64,000 bases of DNA from NCBI GenBank assembly GCA_021850485.1, contig JAJZLY010000008.1:113305-177304 (forward strand), read 5' to 3'. How positions within the stretch are numbered: the first letter of the stretch is position 1; every line of letters starts with the position of its first letter. Shown piece by piece: positions 39,380 to 48,987 of the stretch. Below the pieces are notes generated by a model that saw only the letters and a list, made by a program, of their open reading frames with translations, did no database searches and had not been told where the DNA came from. The position numbers were made by a program, and so were the translations under genes. The DNA comes from Bacillota bacterium (GTDB lineage: Bacteria; Bacillota; Sulfobacillia; JAJZYS01; JAJZLH01).

Positions 39380-40231
39380 CTAGCGCGCCGTGTCGAAGAG
39401 AGATCGCAGCGCCCACGACAAGTTCAACCACTGCGCCGTCGCGTGATACTCGTCGGCGTGCGTCCGCCGCTCGAGCTCGAGGCTCGGGTAGTGGCGCCGC
39501 TCCAACCGGCTGACCATCAGTGCGACATCGGCCACCATGTCGATCGTATCCGCTTCCGTCTCGGCGTAGGCCGCGGCCCGCTTCTCCTCCGGCAGCCACT
39601 TGGCAGCGTGGAGATCGCCCGCCGGATTTTCCATCGCGCCAATCCCGATGAAAACCCGAGCAGGTAGGTCGTCGTGCGCCGCGGCGTACGCGGCTTCGGT
39701 TTCCAAAATGGCGCGATCTCCCCACCAGTAGGACGGGCTGCCGATGCCGTAGCGGCCAAACACCTGCGGCCGAGTCAACAGGGCCCAGGTCGCAAACAGG
39801 CCCCCGAGCGAGTTGCCGAATAGGGTGTAGTCGGCGGCCGCGACCCGATAGCGCTCAGCCAGGTGCGGCTTGAGCTCGTCAGCCAGGAAGGCGAGGAACG
39901 CCGGCGCCCCACCGCCTCCCTCCTCGCCTGGCACCGGTGTGAGATCGCGCCTCCGCCTCTCGATCGTCTCGCCGAAATACTTGGCCCGATAGCCGATTCC
40001 GACGACCAGCAGAGGTGGAACCTGCTCCAGTCGGTAGAGGCGGGCCATCTCCACCGCAGCGCCATACTGCAGCTGAGCATCCGTAACTACTAGGACGTGT
40101 TGCGGCGGCAGTGGATCGTCCGGCGCCGTACGCGCCACGAAGAGTTTGAACTCGTCGCCGACTTGCTTCGAGGCGAGGTAACTCACCTCGACATCGGCGA
40201 CGACGCTGGTGTCATCGGTAGGACCGGCCAT
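39380..40231 (-). CDS. Alpha/beta hydrolase (IroE/BesA-like esterase)
   Basis: VVGIGY, RRRDLTP, GGAPAFLAF, GNSLGG, SPSYWW. Confidence 0.88.
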   Translation of the reverse strand: MAGPTDDTSVVADVEVSYLASKQVGDEFKLFVARTAPDDPLPPQHVLVVTDAQLQYGAAVEMARLYRLEQVPPLLVVGIGYRAKYFGETIERRRRDLTPVPGEEGGGGAPAFLAFLADELKPHLAERYRVAAADYTLFGNSLGGLFATWALLTRPQVFGRYGIGSPSYWWGDRAILETEAAYAAAHDDLPARVFIGIGAMENPAGDLHAAKWLPEEKRAAAYAETEADTIDMVADVALMVSRLERRHYPSLELERRTHADEYHATAQWLNLSWALRSLFDTAR

Positions 40232-40608
40232 CAGACATCCCTCCCGAAAAACTCGCACGGACTCTCCCGGGCACGGCAAGATCGCCACTACACCGGCCGT
40301 CTGGGCAGGCCCCGAAACTGCCTGTCTGAGGGCAAATGCTCGCACAAATTCGACTCACGGACCGCTCCGGCCTGTGCAGCTGCCCACTGCCAATGACGAA
40401 TCACGGCCGAACACTCGTCGGTTTCAACGTCAGGCCACACCTGCAAGCTTGGTTGCAGGTCTAGCCCGTGGCGGCATCTTCACGGGCGCCTAGCCTAGCC
40501 ATGGATTTGTGGCAACAGCCAACACCGCCAAGCCAGTCCCGGCCACATTCAAAACGGTGGTAAGATATGGAGTCATCACAACGCCAGCACTGTCGAAGGA
40601 GATGTCCG

Positions 40609-40980
40609 ATGCGGCTTTTGCACACACGCCTGCGGGTGGCTGATCTGGACCGATCGATCGCCTTTTACGGCCTACTCGGCATGACGGTCAGGGGGCGTTC
40701 GCAGTCGCCGCGCGGAAACCAACTGGTCTTCTTGCAAGCTCCGGAGGGCGGCTCAGAGATCGAGTTGTGCCGTATCCCGGACGGCCTGCCATTCGCTTTG
40801 CCCGAAGACCTGGTGCACATCGCCTTTCAGTCGCTTGACCTGAAGGCTGACCTCAGCCGCCTCAGCGCCCTCAACGTCAAGGTGACAGAGCCATACACGC
40901 CAACCGGGCACGGTGCGTTGGCCTTCATCGAAGACCCGGACGGATATGAGGTGGAGTTGCTGGAGACAGACCACCGGTGA
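40609..40980 (+). CDS. VOC-family lactoylglutathione lyase-like protein
   Basis: LLHTRLRVADLDRSIAFY, HIAF, FIEDPDGYEVEL. Confidence 0.88.
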   Translation: MRLLHTRLRVADLDRSIAFYGLLGMTVRGRSQSPRGNQLVFLQAPEGGSEIELCRIPDGLPFALPEDLVHIAFQSLDLKADLSRLSALNVKVTEPYTPTGHGALAFIEDPDGYEVELLETDHR

Positions 40981-41744
40981 GCCGGTTCGAGGATGAGCCG
41001 GGCGACATCTTAAAAAAAGTGCGTTTTGGCCGCTCGCTCACAGTCGCTCAGGCGGCCAAACTGGGCGGCCTGACCGCGGACACGCTGGAGCGCCTGGAAT
41101 CGTTGCAGCTGGCGTTTGACCCCAGCCACCTGGCCTTGGCCGAGGGGCTGGGTCTCAACGGTGAAGCCCTGCTGATGCTGGCCGCAGACGAGGGCTTGGA
41201 CGTCGTCTTGCCCACCGATGTGGCTGCCATCCGATCGCCGTGGAGTTCTTGGACCTATGTCTGGTTCGGTCCGGCCGGGGCGGTGGTGATCGACCCGGCA
41301 GTACCCTATCGGGCCCTGGAGCGGCACCTGGGTGGCAACCCGCTGGCCGCCGTCTTCGTCACGCACAGTCATCAGGATCACCTGGCCACCTACGAGATGG
41401 TCGCCCCGCACGCTGCCGCCTGCTATGCCCATCCCGACCTGGCGGCCACGCTCGGCGCCAGTCCGCTGGCCCCTGGCGAGCAGGCAGCCGGGCTGCGCGC
41501 CCTGGCTGCGCCCGGTCATGCCGAAGACGGCTTGGTCCTTTATGGTGACGACTTGGCCTTTACCGGCGATGCACTGTTCGCCCGTTCTGCCGGCCGGGCC
41601 AGAACGGCCGCCGACTTTCGCGATGTGCTGGAGAGTGTGCGCCGGATCTTGGCCCTGCCGCCCGCTACTGTCTTGTTGCCGGGTCACGGGCCACCGACCA
41701 CAGTGGCGCTGGAGCGGCGGCTGAACGCGTTTTACCTGATCTGA
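40977..41744 (+). CDS. Metallo-beta-lactamase-fold hydrolase with N-terminal HTH-like domain
   Basis: THSHQDH, PGH, GDALF, PGHG; N-terminal helix-turn-helix-like segment. Confidence 0.85.
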   Translation: MSRFEDEPGDILKKVRFGRSLTVAQAAKLGGLTADTLERLESLQLAFDPSHLALAEGLGLNGEALLMLAADEGLDVVLPTDVAAIRSPWSSWTYVWFGPAGAVVIDPAVPYRALERHLGGNPLAAVFVTHSHQDHLATYEMVAPHAAACYAHPDLAATLGASPLAPGEQAAGLRALAAPGHAEDGLVLYGDDLAFTGDALFARSAGRARTAADFRDVLESVRRILALPPATVLLPGHGPPTTVALERRLNAFYLI

Positions 41745-41765
41745 GTCTGCCAAGGAGGATGCATC

Positions 41766-42932
41766 GTGGCAGCCGAGACCAAAGACTACTTTCGCACCCA
41801 TCTGCCTACCTATCTGCAGCGGCTGGAAACCATCGTCAACATGGATTCCGGGACCGCCGATCCGGATGATGTGGCTGCCGTGTCGGCGCACTTTTCCGGT
41901 TGGATGGAACAACTTTCTGGCACGGTCGAAGTCTTGCGCCCCAATTCGGCCTACGGCCCCTTCTTGATCGGCCGCTGGCAGGGACATGGTCAGGGCCGGG
42001 TGCTACTGGTCGGGCACCTGGACACGGTCTACAGCCGAGGTGAGGCCGCAAGGCGTCCGTTCACGGTGTCGGGAGGCAGGGCCACCGGCTGCGGCGTGAT
42101 CGATATGAAATCCGGCTGCCTGCTGGCGCTCACGGCCATCCAGGCAATGCGGGATCTGGGGCGTGAGTTTGGCGAACTGGTGTTGGCCCTGACGCCGGAT
42201 GAGGAAGTCGGCTCTCCTGTCTCCCAGCCGCTGCTGGCCCAGCTGGCGCTTGATCAAGACGCCATCTTGGTCCTGGAGCCGGGACGCTCTGGCGGCGGCG
42301 TGGTGGTCGGGCGCAAGGGCGTTGCCGACTACACCATCCGGGCCTTCGGCCACGCCTCTCACGCCGGAGTGGCCCCGCAAGAGGGCCACAGTGCCGTGCT
42401 GGAGTTGTGCCACCAGGCACTCGCCCTGTCCGCCCTAAACGGCCAAGAAGACGGCCTGCAGTTCAACGTCGGCGTATTCTCGGGCGGCAGCCGGCCAAAC
42501 GTCGTTCCGGGCGAGGCCCAGATGGTAGTGGATGTGCGTGCGGCGTCTGACGCTGCCGTCAAGCGGGCGGGCCAGCTCTTCTCCAGCCTGCGCGCCAAAA
42601 CCCCGGGTGTGCGGCTAGAGGTCGAGGGCGGTTTTGCGATGCCGCCGATGGAAACCACAGATCAGATCCGCGCCCTGTTCGCTCTGGCCCAGCGCCAGGC
42701 GCTGGCTATCGGCGAGCAGTTGACTGCCGTCTCCACCGGCGGTGGCTCAGATGCCAACCATCTGGCAGTGTCCGGGAAGCCCGTTTTGGACGGCCTGGGA
42801 CCGGTCGGCGGCGGTGCCCACAGCCCCGAGGAGTTCATGGAAGTGGACTCCGTGGTGACCCGTGGCGCCATCTTGACGGCGCTGCTCAGTCAAATCGGCG
42901 CCCATGGCCGGGCGGCCTTTGCCACCGCCTAA
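41766..42932 (+). CDS. M20 peptidase (carboxypeptidase G2-like)
   Basis: GHLDTV, DMKSG, PDEEVGS, EPGR, AHSPEE. Confidence 0.9.
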   Translation: MAAETKDYFRTHLPTYLQRLETIVNMDSGTADPDDVAAVSAHFSGWMEQLSGTVEVLRPNSAYGPFLIGRWQGHGQGRVLLVGHLDTVYSRGEAARRPFTVSGGRATGCGVIDMKSGCLLALTAIQAMRDLGREFGELVLALTPDEEVGSPVSQPLLAQLALDQDAILVLEPGRSGGGVVVGRKGVADYTIRAFGHASHAGVAPQEGHSAVLELCHQALALSALNGQEDGLQFNVGVFSGGSRPNVVPGEAQMVVDVRAASDAAVKRAGQLFSSLRAKTPGVRLEVEGGFAMPPMETTDQIRALFALAQRQALAIGEQLTAVSTGGGSDANHLAVSGKPVLDGLGPVGGGAHSPEEFMEVDSVVTRGAILTALLSQIGAHGRAAFATA

Positions 42933-42975
42933 CCGGCCGACCTGGGCGGTCAGTCTTTAGCCTGTCCGCCTTGGT

Positions 42976-43004
42976 TTGACAGCGCGCAGTCGGCCCCGTA
43001 TACT
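42976..43004 (+). promoter_or_regulatory. Sigma-A promoter of the iron permease gene
   Basis: TTGACA-17 nt-TATACT. Confidence 0.8.
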
Positions 43005-43091
43005 CGGCGAGAAATCCTGAGTCAATCAGTCACCTTTAGCCAGCGAACCGCCGTCGCCAATCACACGATCACCCGGCTGCAGGAGGGCAAC

Positions 43092-43910
43092 ATGATCGCC
43101 GAGTTCTTGATCTTCTTGCGCGAGGGTCTTGAGGGCTCGATGATCATTTCTATTTTGCTGGCATCGCTGCGCCAGATCGGGCAGCCAGAGCGGGTGCGCG
43201 AGGTTTGGTGGGGCGTGACGGCGGCACTCGTCGTCGCCTTGGGCGGCGGCGTCTTGGCCTATCAGGCACTCCATGCCTACAGCGGCACGCCCCTACAGAC
43301 AGCGTTGGAAGGATCCACCTACCTGGTGGCGGCAGCCGCCCTCACCTATATGACCTTTTGGATGCGCCAGGAGAGCACGCACCTGCGCGGCGACCTCAGT
43401 GCCCAGACCAGCCGGGCAGTCGCCAGCCACAGCCGCTGGGCGATCACCAGTTTGGCTTTCGTCACCGTCGCCAGGGAGGGACTGGAGACCGTGGTGTTCA
43501 GCCTCGCCATCGCCCTGGCGGCGCAGGCCTGGCAGGTGATGGTGGGTGCGGTGATCGGCCTGGTGGTCGCGTTAATGATCAGCCGGGCGATCTATCGCAT
43601 GGGCCTGAGGGTCAACCTGGGCCGCTTTTTCGCGGTGATGGGCAGTCTTTTGATGGTGACCGGCGCCGGACTGCTGGCTGACGCCATCGAAGACTATCAG
43701 CAGCTGGGTTGGCTGCCCGGAGCCCACGCTGGACTGTGGAGCACCAGTCAGTGGCTGCCGGAGCAGAGTTTTTGGGGCGACCTAGCGCACACCTTTGTCG
43801 GCTACGCCGCCACCCCCACCTTCTTGCAACTAGCTGTGTGGGCAGTCTATCTGGCGATTGTCCTGTCCTTCTGGCTAAGCCGGCGGCCGCGGCTGGTCGG
43901 CCCGGCCTGA
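43092..43910 (+). CDS. efeU: FTR1/EfeU-family iron permease
   Basis: Two REGLE motifs, about 7 TM segments. Confidence 0.9.
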   Translation: MIAEFLIFLREGLEGSMIISILLASLRQIGQPERVREVWWGVTAALVVALGGGVLAYQALHAYSGTPLQTALEGSTYLVAAAALTYMTFWMRQESTHLRGDLSAQTSRAVASHSRWAITSLAFVTVAREGLETVVFSLAIALAAQAWQVMVGAVIGLVVALMISRAIYRMGLRVNLGRFFAVMGSLLMVTGAGLLADAIEDYQQLGWLPGAHAGLWSTSQWLPEQSFWGDLAHTFVGYAATPTFLQLAVWAVYLAIVLSFWLSRRPRLVGPA

Positions 43911-43923
43911 GCCCAGCCGGCAC

Positions 43924-45150
43924 TCAGGGGCCAGGCGCCGGGCCCGTCTCACCGGCCGGTCGCACGTTGCGAAAGGCCAGGTAGTAGGTGATCACGTTCA
44001 GGCCCATGAAGAACACCGAGCCGAAGATGGGAATGTCGATCACGCTGTCCATCAAGGCACCGCCAATCGCCGGCGAGATAATGGCGCCGGCCTGCGATGG
44101 CAGCGAACTGTAGGCGGCGATGCGGCTGCGGTAGCGCTCCGCTGCCACCCCCATCACATAGGACTGGCGCGCAGGCATGCCCAGCGAGTTGAGCATCATG
44201 CGCACAGTGTAGGCGGCACCTGCCCACCAGAAGCTGGGCATGAAGATCATGGTGGCCATCGCCACCAGACCGGCCGCCCTAGTCAGGGTGATGGTGCGCA
44301 CGGCGGAGCCCAGATAGGCCGTGAGCCGCGATGATCCCAGATAGGGGACGGCTGAGGCTAGGTTGATGACGGTGTAGAGCAGGCCGATTTCTGCTGGCCC
44401 TACTCCATAGCGACGGTAAAACCAGTAGGTGAGCATCGGCCCCAGGAAACCAAAGCCCAGTCCGTTCAAACCATTGGTCACGGCCAGCCGGCCCAGCAGT
44501 TGGCGAAAACTCAGCGCCTGCGGCGGCTCCGCTGCCGTCTCCACGGCGCTGGGCCGCGCCTCTCGCAGCCCCAGCGCCACCAATACCATGCCAACAGCCA
44601 AGATGGCGCCCACCCAAAACAGCACCCGATAGGCGGGCAACCAGCCCATCCCACCCTGTACCAAGATGGCCGGCACGGCCGCCACCAATGAGCCGGCGGC
44701 ACCGGCCATCACGCCGATGAAGGACAAAATGCCAAAGGCTCCGGTCCGCTCTTCCGGCCGCACGGCGGCTGCCATCAGCGGCTGCTCAGCCGGAAACAGC
44801 GGTCCCCAGGAACCGCCTGAGCCAGCACCACCGCCACGGCCGACACCGCCCAGGCCGCTGGCCAGCACCACCACCAAAAACGACGCCGAACTGGCCATGG
44901 CCGCGCCGCCAGCCACTGCCAGTACCGATAGACCGATGATCACCCGCCGCCGGCCGAAGCGGTCACCGATCGGGCCCACGGCCGCGACCAGCAGCAGGGT
45001 CATCAGGCCGGACAGGGCAAGCGCCAATCCGATCCGGCTGGCGCCGTATCCGGATTGAGCCAGATAGAGCGGGAAGATGACCGTCAAAAATGCGGTGACA
45101 AAACTTCTGAGCGCACGCCCCATGTACAGCCAGCGCAGATTTTGGGCCAT
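43924..45150 (-). CDS. MFS transporter
   Basis: GPIGDRFGRRR motif A, about 12 TM; ATG 45150 with RBS. Confidence 0.88.
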   Translation of the reverse strand: MAQNLRWLYMGRALRSFVTAFLTVIFPLYLAQSGYGASRIGLALALSGLMTLLLVAAVGPIGDRFGRRRVIIGLSVLAVAGGAAMASSASFLVVVLASGLGGVGRGGGAGSGGSWGPLFPAEQPLMAAAVRPEERTGAFGILSFIGVMAGAAGSLVAAVPAILVQGGMGWLPAYRVLFWVGAILAVGMVLVALGLREARPSAVETAAEPPQALSFRQLLGRLAVTNGLNGLGFGFLGPMLTYWFYRRYGVGPAEIGLLYTVINLASAVPYLGSSRLTAYLGSAVRTITLTRAAGLVAMATMIFMPSFWWAGAAYTVRMMLNSLGMPARQSYVMGVAAERYRSRIAAYSSLPSQAGAIISPAIGGALMDSVIDIPIFGSVFFMGLNVITYYLAFRNVRPAGETGPAPGP

Positions 45151-45253
45151 CCGTCGCCCCCTCACGTCGGTCGCTGCCACTAGCGGACTCCAGTGTATCA
45201 GACCAATTTCGCCCCTTGCGCTGGGCAGGACAGGTGCTACCATGAGGGCACCA

Positions 45254-45386
45254 CCTTCAGGGTACGGTGCGGGACCAGTCGGTCCCAATTCCGAATCGGC
45301 GGTAGCCCACATCGGGAAGCCCGCGAGCCGTCAAGGCAGATCCGGTCAAATTCCGGAGCCGACCGTACAGTCGGGATGAAAGAAGG
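45254..45386 (+). ncRNA. FMN riboswitch (RFN element) with an inserted hairpin
   Basis: CTTCAGGG..GGTG, AATTCC, GGCGGTA, AGCCCGCGAGC, GCAGATCCGG..AATTCCGGAGCCGAC..AGTC.GGATG.AAGAAG; upstream of ribD. Confidence 0.93.
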
Positions 45387-45404
45387 GGAACACGCTTGCC
45401 ATGC

Positions 45405-45435
45405 GGCCGGCACCCCTGGGGTGCCGGTTTTGTGT
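45405..45435 (+). terminator. Intrinsic terminator (riboswitch expression platform)
   Basis: CCGGCACCC-CTG-GGGTGCCGG followed by TTTTGTGTT. Confidence 0.8.
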
Positions 45436-45465
45436 TCTGTGAGCAGATGGCGAGGAGGGAGCCCG

Positions 45466-46608
45466 TTGGATCAAGTCGCCTGGATGGCCCGTGCGCTGGA
45501 CCTGGCGGAACTGGGCCGCGGCTTCACCTCCCCCAACCCGCTGGTCGGGTGCGTCGTTGTCAAAGACGGCGAGATCGTAGGCGAGGGCTATCACCGCGGG
45601 GTGGGCTTGCCTCACGCCGAGGCGGAGGCCCTGGCAGCAGCCGGTGAACGGGCCGCTGGCGCCGACTTGTACGTGTCTTTGGAACCGTGCTGTCACTTTG
45701 GGCGCACACCGCCGTGCACGGCTGAGATCATCGGCCATCGGGTGGCGCGGGTGTTTGCCGCCATCGCCGACCCCAACCCCCGCGTGTCGCTGCGTTCCAA
45801 GGCCGAGCTGGAGTCCGCCGGCATCCCGGTCAGCTTCGGACTGTTGGCCGAACAAGCGACCAGCCAAAACGCCGCCTATTTGAAGTGGGTGGATAAGGGG
45901 CTGCCGTTCGTATCCTTGAAATGGGCGATGACGCTAGACGGCAAGGTGGCCTGTCACAGCGGGGACTCCATGTACTTCACCGGCCAAGAGGCGCTGGCCC
46001 GGGCCCATCTGCTGCGCCGGGACGCAGACGCCGTGGCGGTCGGGCTCGGCACCGTCCGCCAGGACGACCCGCAACTGACCGTGCGTCACGTCAGCGGCCG
46101 CTCCCCTGCCCGGGTGGTGTTCGACACCCACCTCGCCTTGCCGGCGACCAGCCGCCTGCTGGCGCCAGGCGGGCCCCCGGTATTCGTGATCGGCTGCGAG
46201 AGCGCCTCCCAAGAGCGCCAGGCGCGGCTCACCGATCTGGGCGCCACCGTGTTGCTGGCGCCTGGCTTCGAGGGCCGGGTCGATCTCCTCTCAGCGCTGC
46301 GCCTGCTCGCCCGTCATGACATCACGAGTCTGCTGGTAGAGGGCGGGCCCACCTTGCACGGCAGCTTCGTCGACCAGCACCTGGCCGATCGCTTTTTCGT
46401 GTTCCTTGCACCTCGTGTGTTCGGCAATCCGAAGGCGCCATCCGCCGTCGGTGGGCTGGGCGTGGATCATCCGCAGGCGGCACCCAGATTGACCCTGGTG
46501 CGGATGGAAGCTTTGGGAGAAGACCTGTTCATCGAGGCCCGACCAGAGGAGGTGGCAGAGCGTGTTCACCGGCATCATCCGGCTGAAAGGACAGCTGTTG
46601 GCCAGTGA
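45466..46608 (+). CDS. ribD: Riboflavin biosynthesis deaminase/reductase
   Basis: PNPLVG, HAE, LEPCCHFGRTPPC, VEGG; TTG start after GGAGG. Confidence 0.95.
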   Translation: MDQVAWMARALDLAELGRGFTSPNPLVGCVVVKDGEIVGEGYHRGVGLPHAEAEALAAAGERAAGADLYVSLEPCCHFGRTPPCTAEIIGHRVARVFAAIADPNPRVSLRSKAELESAGIPVSFGLLAEQATSQNAAYLKWVDKGLPFVSLKWAMTLDGKVACHSGDSMYFTGQEALARAHLLRRDADAVAVGLGTVRQDDPQLTVRHVSGRSPARVVFDTHLALPATSRLLAPGGPPVFVIGCESASQERQARLTDLGATVLLAPGFEGRVDLLSALRLLARHDITSLLVEGGPTLHGSFVDQHLADRFFVFLAPRVFGNPKAPSAVGGLGVDHPQAAPRLTLVRMEALGEDLFIEARPEEVAERVHRHHPAERTAVGQ

Positions 46609-47167
46609 GGTAGGTACGGCTGGTGGCCGCCTGGTGATTGAGGCGCCCGGCCTGCAGCCGCACATCGGCGACTCGGTGGCGGTGGCCGGCGTGTGCCTGA
46701 CCGTCACCGCCTCCCATGGCACGCGCCACCACTTCGACCTGGCTGTGGAGACTCTGGCCCGCACCACGCTGGGCCGCCTGAAGGCCGGCGATGTGGTCAA
46801 CCTCGAGCCGAGCCTGCATCTTGGGGATGCTCTGGATGGCCATCTGGTGATGGGCCACGTGGACGCCACCGCCGAGGTGGTCTCGCTGGCTCCGGAGGGA
46901 GACGGTGCCCGTCTCACCTTGCGCCTGCCGGGGGACATCGCGACGCTCACTGCCGTCAAGGGATCTCTCAGCGTGGACGGCGTGTCCCTGACGGTGGCCG
47001 CATTAGGACCAGGTGAGACAGCTTCGTTCGCCCTCTTGCCGTACACCCTGGCCGAAACCACCCTCGGCCTGCTCAAGCCGGGGATGAGCGTGAATATCGA
47101 GGCCGACGTCATCGCCCGCTATGTAGCCAGGAGTCTGAGTTCAGTCGGAGGAGGCCCCCAGGGATGA
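46562..47167 (+). CDS. ribE: Riboflavin synthase alpha chain
   Basis: MFTGII, GVCLTV, GHLVMGHVD, VNIEAD. Confidence 0.96.
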   Translation: MFTGIIRLKGQLLASEVGTAGGRLVIEAPGLQPHIGDSVAVAGVCLTVTASHGTRHHFDLAVETLARTTLGRLKAGDVVNLEPSLHLGDALDGHLVMGHVDATAEVVSLAPEGDGARLTLRLPGDIATLTAVKGSLSVDGVSLTVAALGPGETASFALLPYTLAETTLGLLKPGMSVNIEADVIARYVARSLSSVGGGPQG

Positions 47168-48360
47168 TCGACATCGACCAGGCAATCGAGAAGATGCGCA
47201 TCGGCGAGATGATGATCGTGGTCGACGACATGGACCGCGAGAACGAGGGCGACCTGGTGCTGGCCGCCGAGTGCGTCACCGCTGAGGCCATCACCTTTAT
47301 GGCCAACCACGGCCGCGGCCTGATCTGCCTGCCGATGACCGCGGAAAAGGCCAGGGCGCTGCAGCTGCCTCCGATGGTTGAGGAGAATCAAGAGCACTGG
47401 CGGACCGCCTTCACAGTTTCGATCGACGCCAAGGAGGGCGTTTCCACCGGCATTTCGGCAAAAGACCGCTGCCGCACCATCCGGGCGGCGGCCCGGGTCA
47501 ATGCCAAGCCGACGGACCTGGTGCGGCCGGGCCACGTGTTCCCCCTGGAGGCGGTTGCGGGCGGTGTCTTGAAGCGAGCTGGCCACACCGAAGCAGCTGT
47601 CGACTTGGCGCGGCTGGCAGGGCTAGAGCCGATGGCGGTGATCTGCGAGATCATCAAGGACGACGGCACCATGGCCCGCATGCCGGATCTGGAGGCATTC
47701 GCCGAGATTCACCATCTGCCGATCGTGTGCATCGCCGATCTGATCGCCTATCGCCGGCGAGGCGAACAGTTGGTCAGACGGCTGGCCGAGACCACACTGC
47801 CCTCTCGCTACGGTTCCTTTCGGGCCGTCGCCTACGAGGACGTGGTCAGCGGCGAGATTCACCTGGCCCTGGTCAAGGGCGATGTCTCGACGCCGGGACC
47901 GGTGCTGACCCGCATGCACTCTGAGTGTCTGACCGGAGATGTGCTGGGATCGCTGCGCTGTGACTGCGGCGAACAGCTGCAGTCGTCCTTGCGGCGGATC
48001 GAGGCAGAGGGCCGGGGGGTGCTCGTCTACCTGCGCCAAGAGGGACGCGGCATCGGGCTGGGCGCCAAGATCCAGGCCTACGCCTTGCAAGAACAGGGCC
48101 TGGATACTGTGGAAGCCAACGAGCGCCTGGGCTTTCCCGCCGACCTGCGCGACTACGGCATCGGCGCCCAAATTCTGACCGACCTGGGCATCCGCGAGCT
48201 GGACCTGATGACCAACAACCCAAAGAAGATCGCCGGTCTGGAGGGACACGGTCTCACCGTGCACCAGCGGGTGGCGATCGAGGTGGCGGCCGGGCCCGAC
48301 AACCGCCACTACCTGGAGACCAAGAAGACCAAGCTCGGCCACATCTTCTCTCAGATCTGA
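47164..48360 (+). CDS. ribBA: Bifunctional DHBP synthase / GTP cyclohydrolase II
   Basis: DRENEGD, RPGHVFPL, RMHSECLTGD..GS.RCDC, QEGRGIG. Confidence 0.97.
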   Translation: MIDIDQAIEKMRIGEMMIVVDDMDRENEGDLVLAAECVTAEAITFMANHGRGLICLPMTAEKARALQLPPMVEENQEHWRTAFTVSIDAKEGVSTGISAKDRCRTIRAAARVNAKPTDLVRPGHVFPLEAVAGGVLKRAGHTEAAVDLARLAGLEPMAVICEIIKDDGTMARMPDLEAFAEIHHLPIVCIADLIAYRRRGEQLVRRLAETTLPSRYGSFRAVAYEDVVSGEIHLALVKGDVSTPGPVLTRMHSECLTGDVLGSLRCDCGEQLQSSLRRIEAEGRGVLVYLRQEGRGIGLGAKIQAYALQEQGLDTVEANERLGFPADLRDYGIGAQILTDLGIRELDLMTNNPKKIAGLEGHGLTVHQRVAIEVAAGPDNRHYLETKKTKLGHIFSQI

Positions 48361-48857
48361 TGCGCACACGAAGCCAGGCGGCGGACGCCTCGATGGCACC
48401 GGTCCGGGGCAAGGTGGCGGTAGTCGCCTCTGCGTTTAACCGGCCGGTGGTCGAGGCCTTGGTGCGGGGGGCCCTGGCAGCCATCGCTGCCAGTGGCGCC
48501 GAACTGGTCGGACCGGTGTGGGTCGCAGGGGCACTTGAACTGCCGCTTGCCTGCCAATGGGTGGTCGAGGCTGCCCAGCCCGTGGCCGTGGTCGCCCTTG
48601 GCTGTGTCATCCGCGGCGAGACCCGCCACTTTGAGCTGGTTTGCGACAATGCAGTCGCTGGCTTGCAGCAGGTTTCCCTGGCCCTCGGTGTTCCCGTTGG
48701 CCAAGGGGTACTGGCCTGCGAGACATTGGATCAGGCCATGGAGCGATCGGTAGAAGGTTCCGCCAACAGCGGCTATCAGGCCGCCGAGGCCGCCCTGGGC
48801 ATGGCCCGGCTTCGCCCGGCAGTGGAGTCGACGATCGGCTCCGTGCGGCGCCGCTGA
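48360..48857 (+). CDS. ribH: 6,7-dimethyl-8-ribityllumazine synthase
   Basis: FN, GALELP, GCVIRGETRHF. Confidence 0.93.
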   Translation: MRTRSQAADASMAPVRGKVAVVASAFNRPVVEALVRGALAAIAASGAELVGPVWVAGALELPLACQWVVEAAQPVAVVALGCVIRGETRHFELVCDNAVAGLQQVSLALGVPVGQGVLACETLDQAMERSVEGSANSGYQAAEAALGMARLRPAVESTIGSVRRR

Positions 48858-48939
48858 AAACTGCCTAGCGGTGCCCTTGGCCCAACTCGGCCAGGGCTGC
48901 GTTGAGGTTGGCTCCACCTGTGGCCACGGCTGCCTCCAT

Positions 48940-48987
48940 CCCCAATAGATAGTGGTTATCTGGTAGAATTATCACTAGATATCGTGG
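48940..48987 (+). promoter_or_regulatory. Tandem NrdR boxes flanking an extended -10
   Basis: CCCCAATAGATAGTGG (48940) and TCACTAGATATCGTGG (48972), 32 nt apart, fit the acaCwAtATaTwGtg consensus; TGgTAGAAT lies between them. Confidence 0.8.

Noticed and set aside
43009-43030. Fur box downstream of the efeU promoter
   Set aside because: GAGAAATCCTGAGTCAAT matches the Fur consensus too poorly.
43924-45150. MFS as a riboswitch-controlled riboflavin transporter
   Set aside because: It is transcribed divergently from the FMN riboswitch, so it is not under its control, and there is no substrate evidence.
46562-46608. 47-nt ribD/ribE overlap as programmed recoding
   Set aside because: Explained by a short non-conserved RibD tail; ribE has its own GGAGGT RBS.
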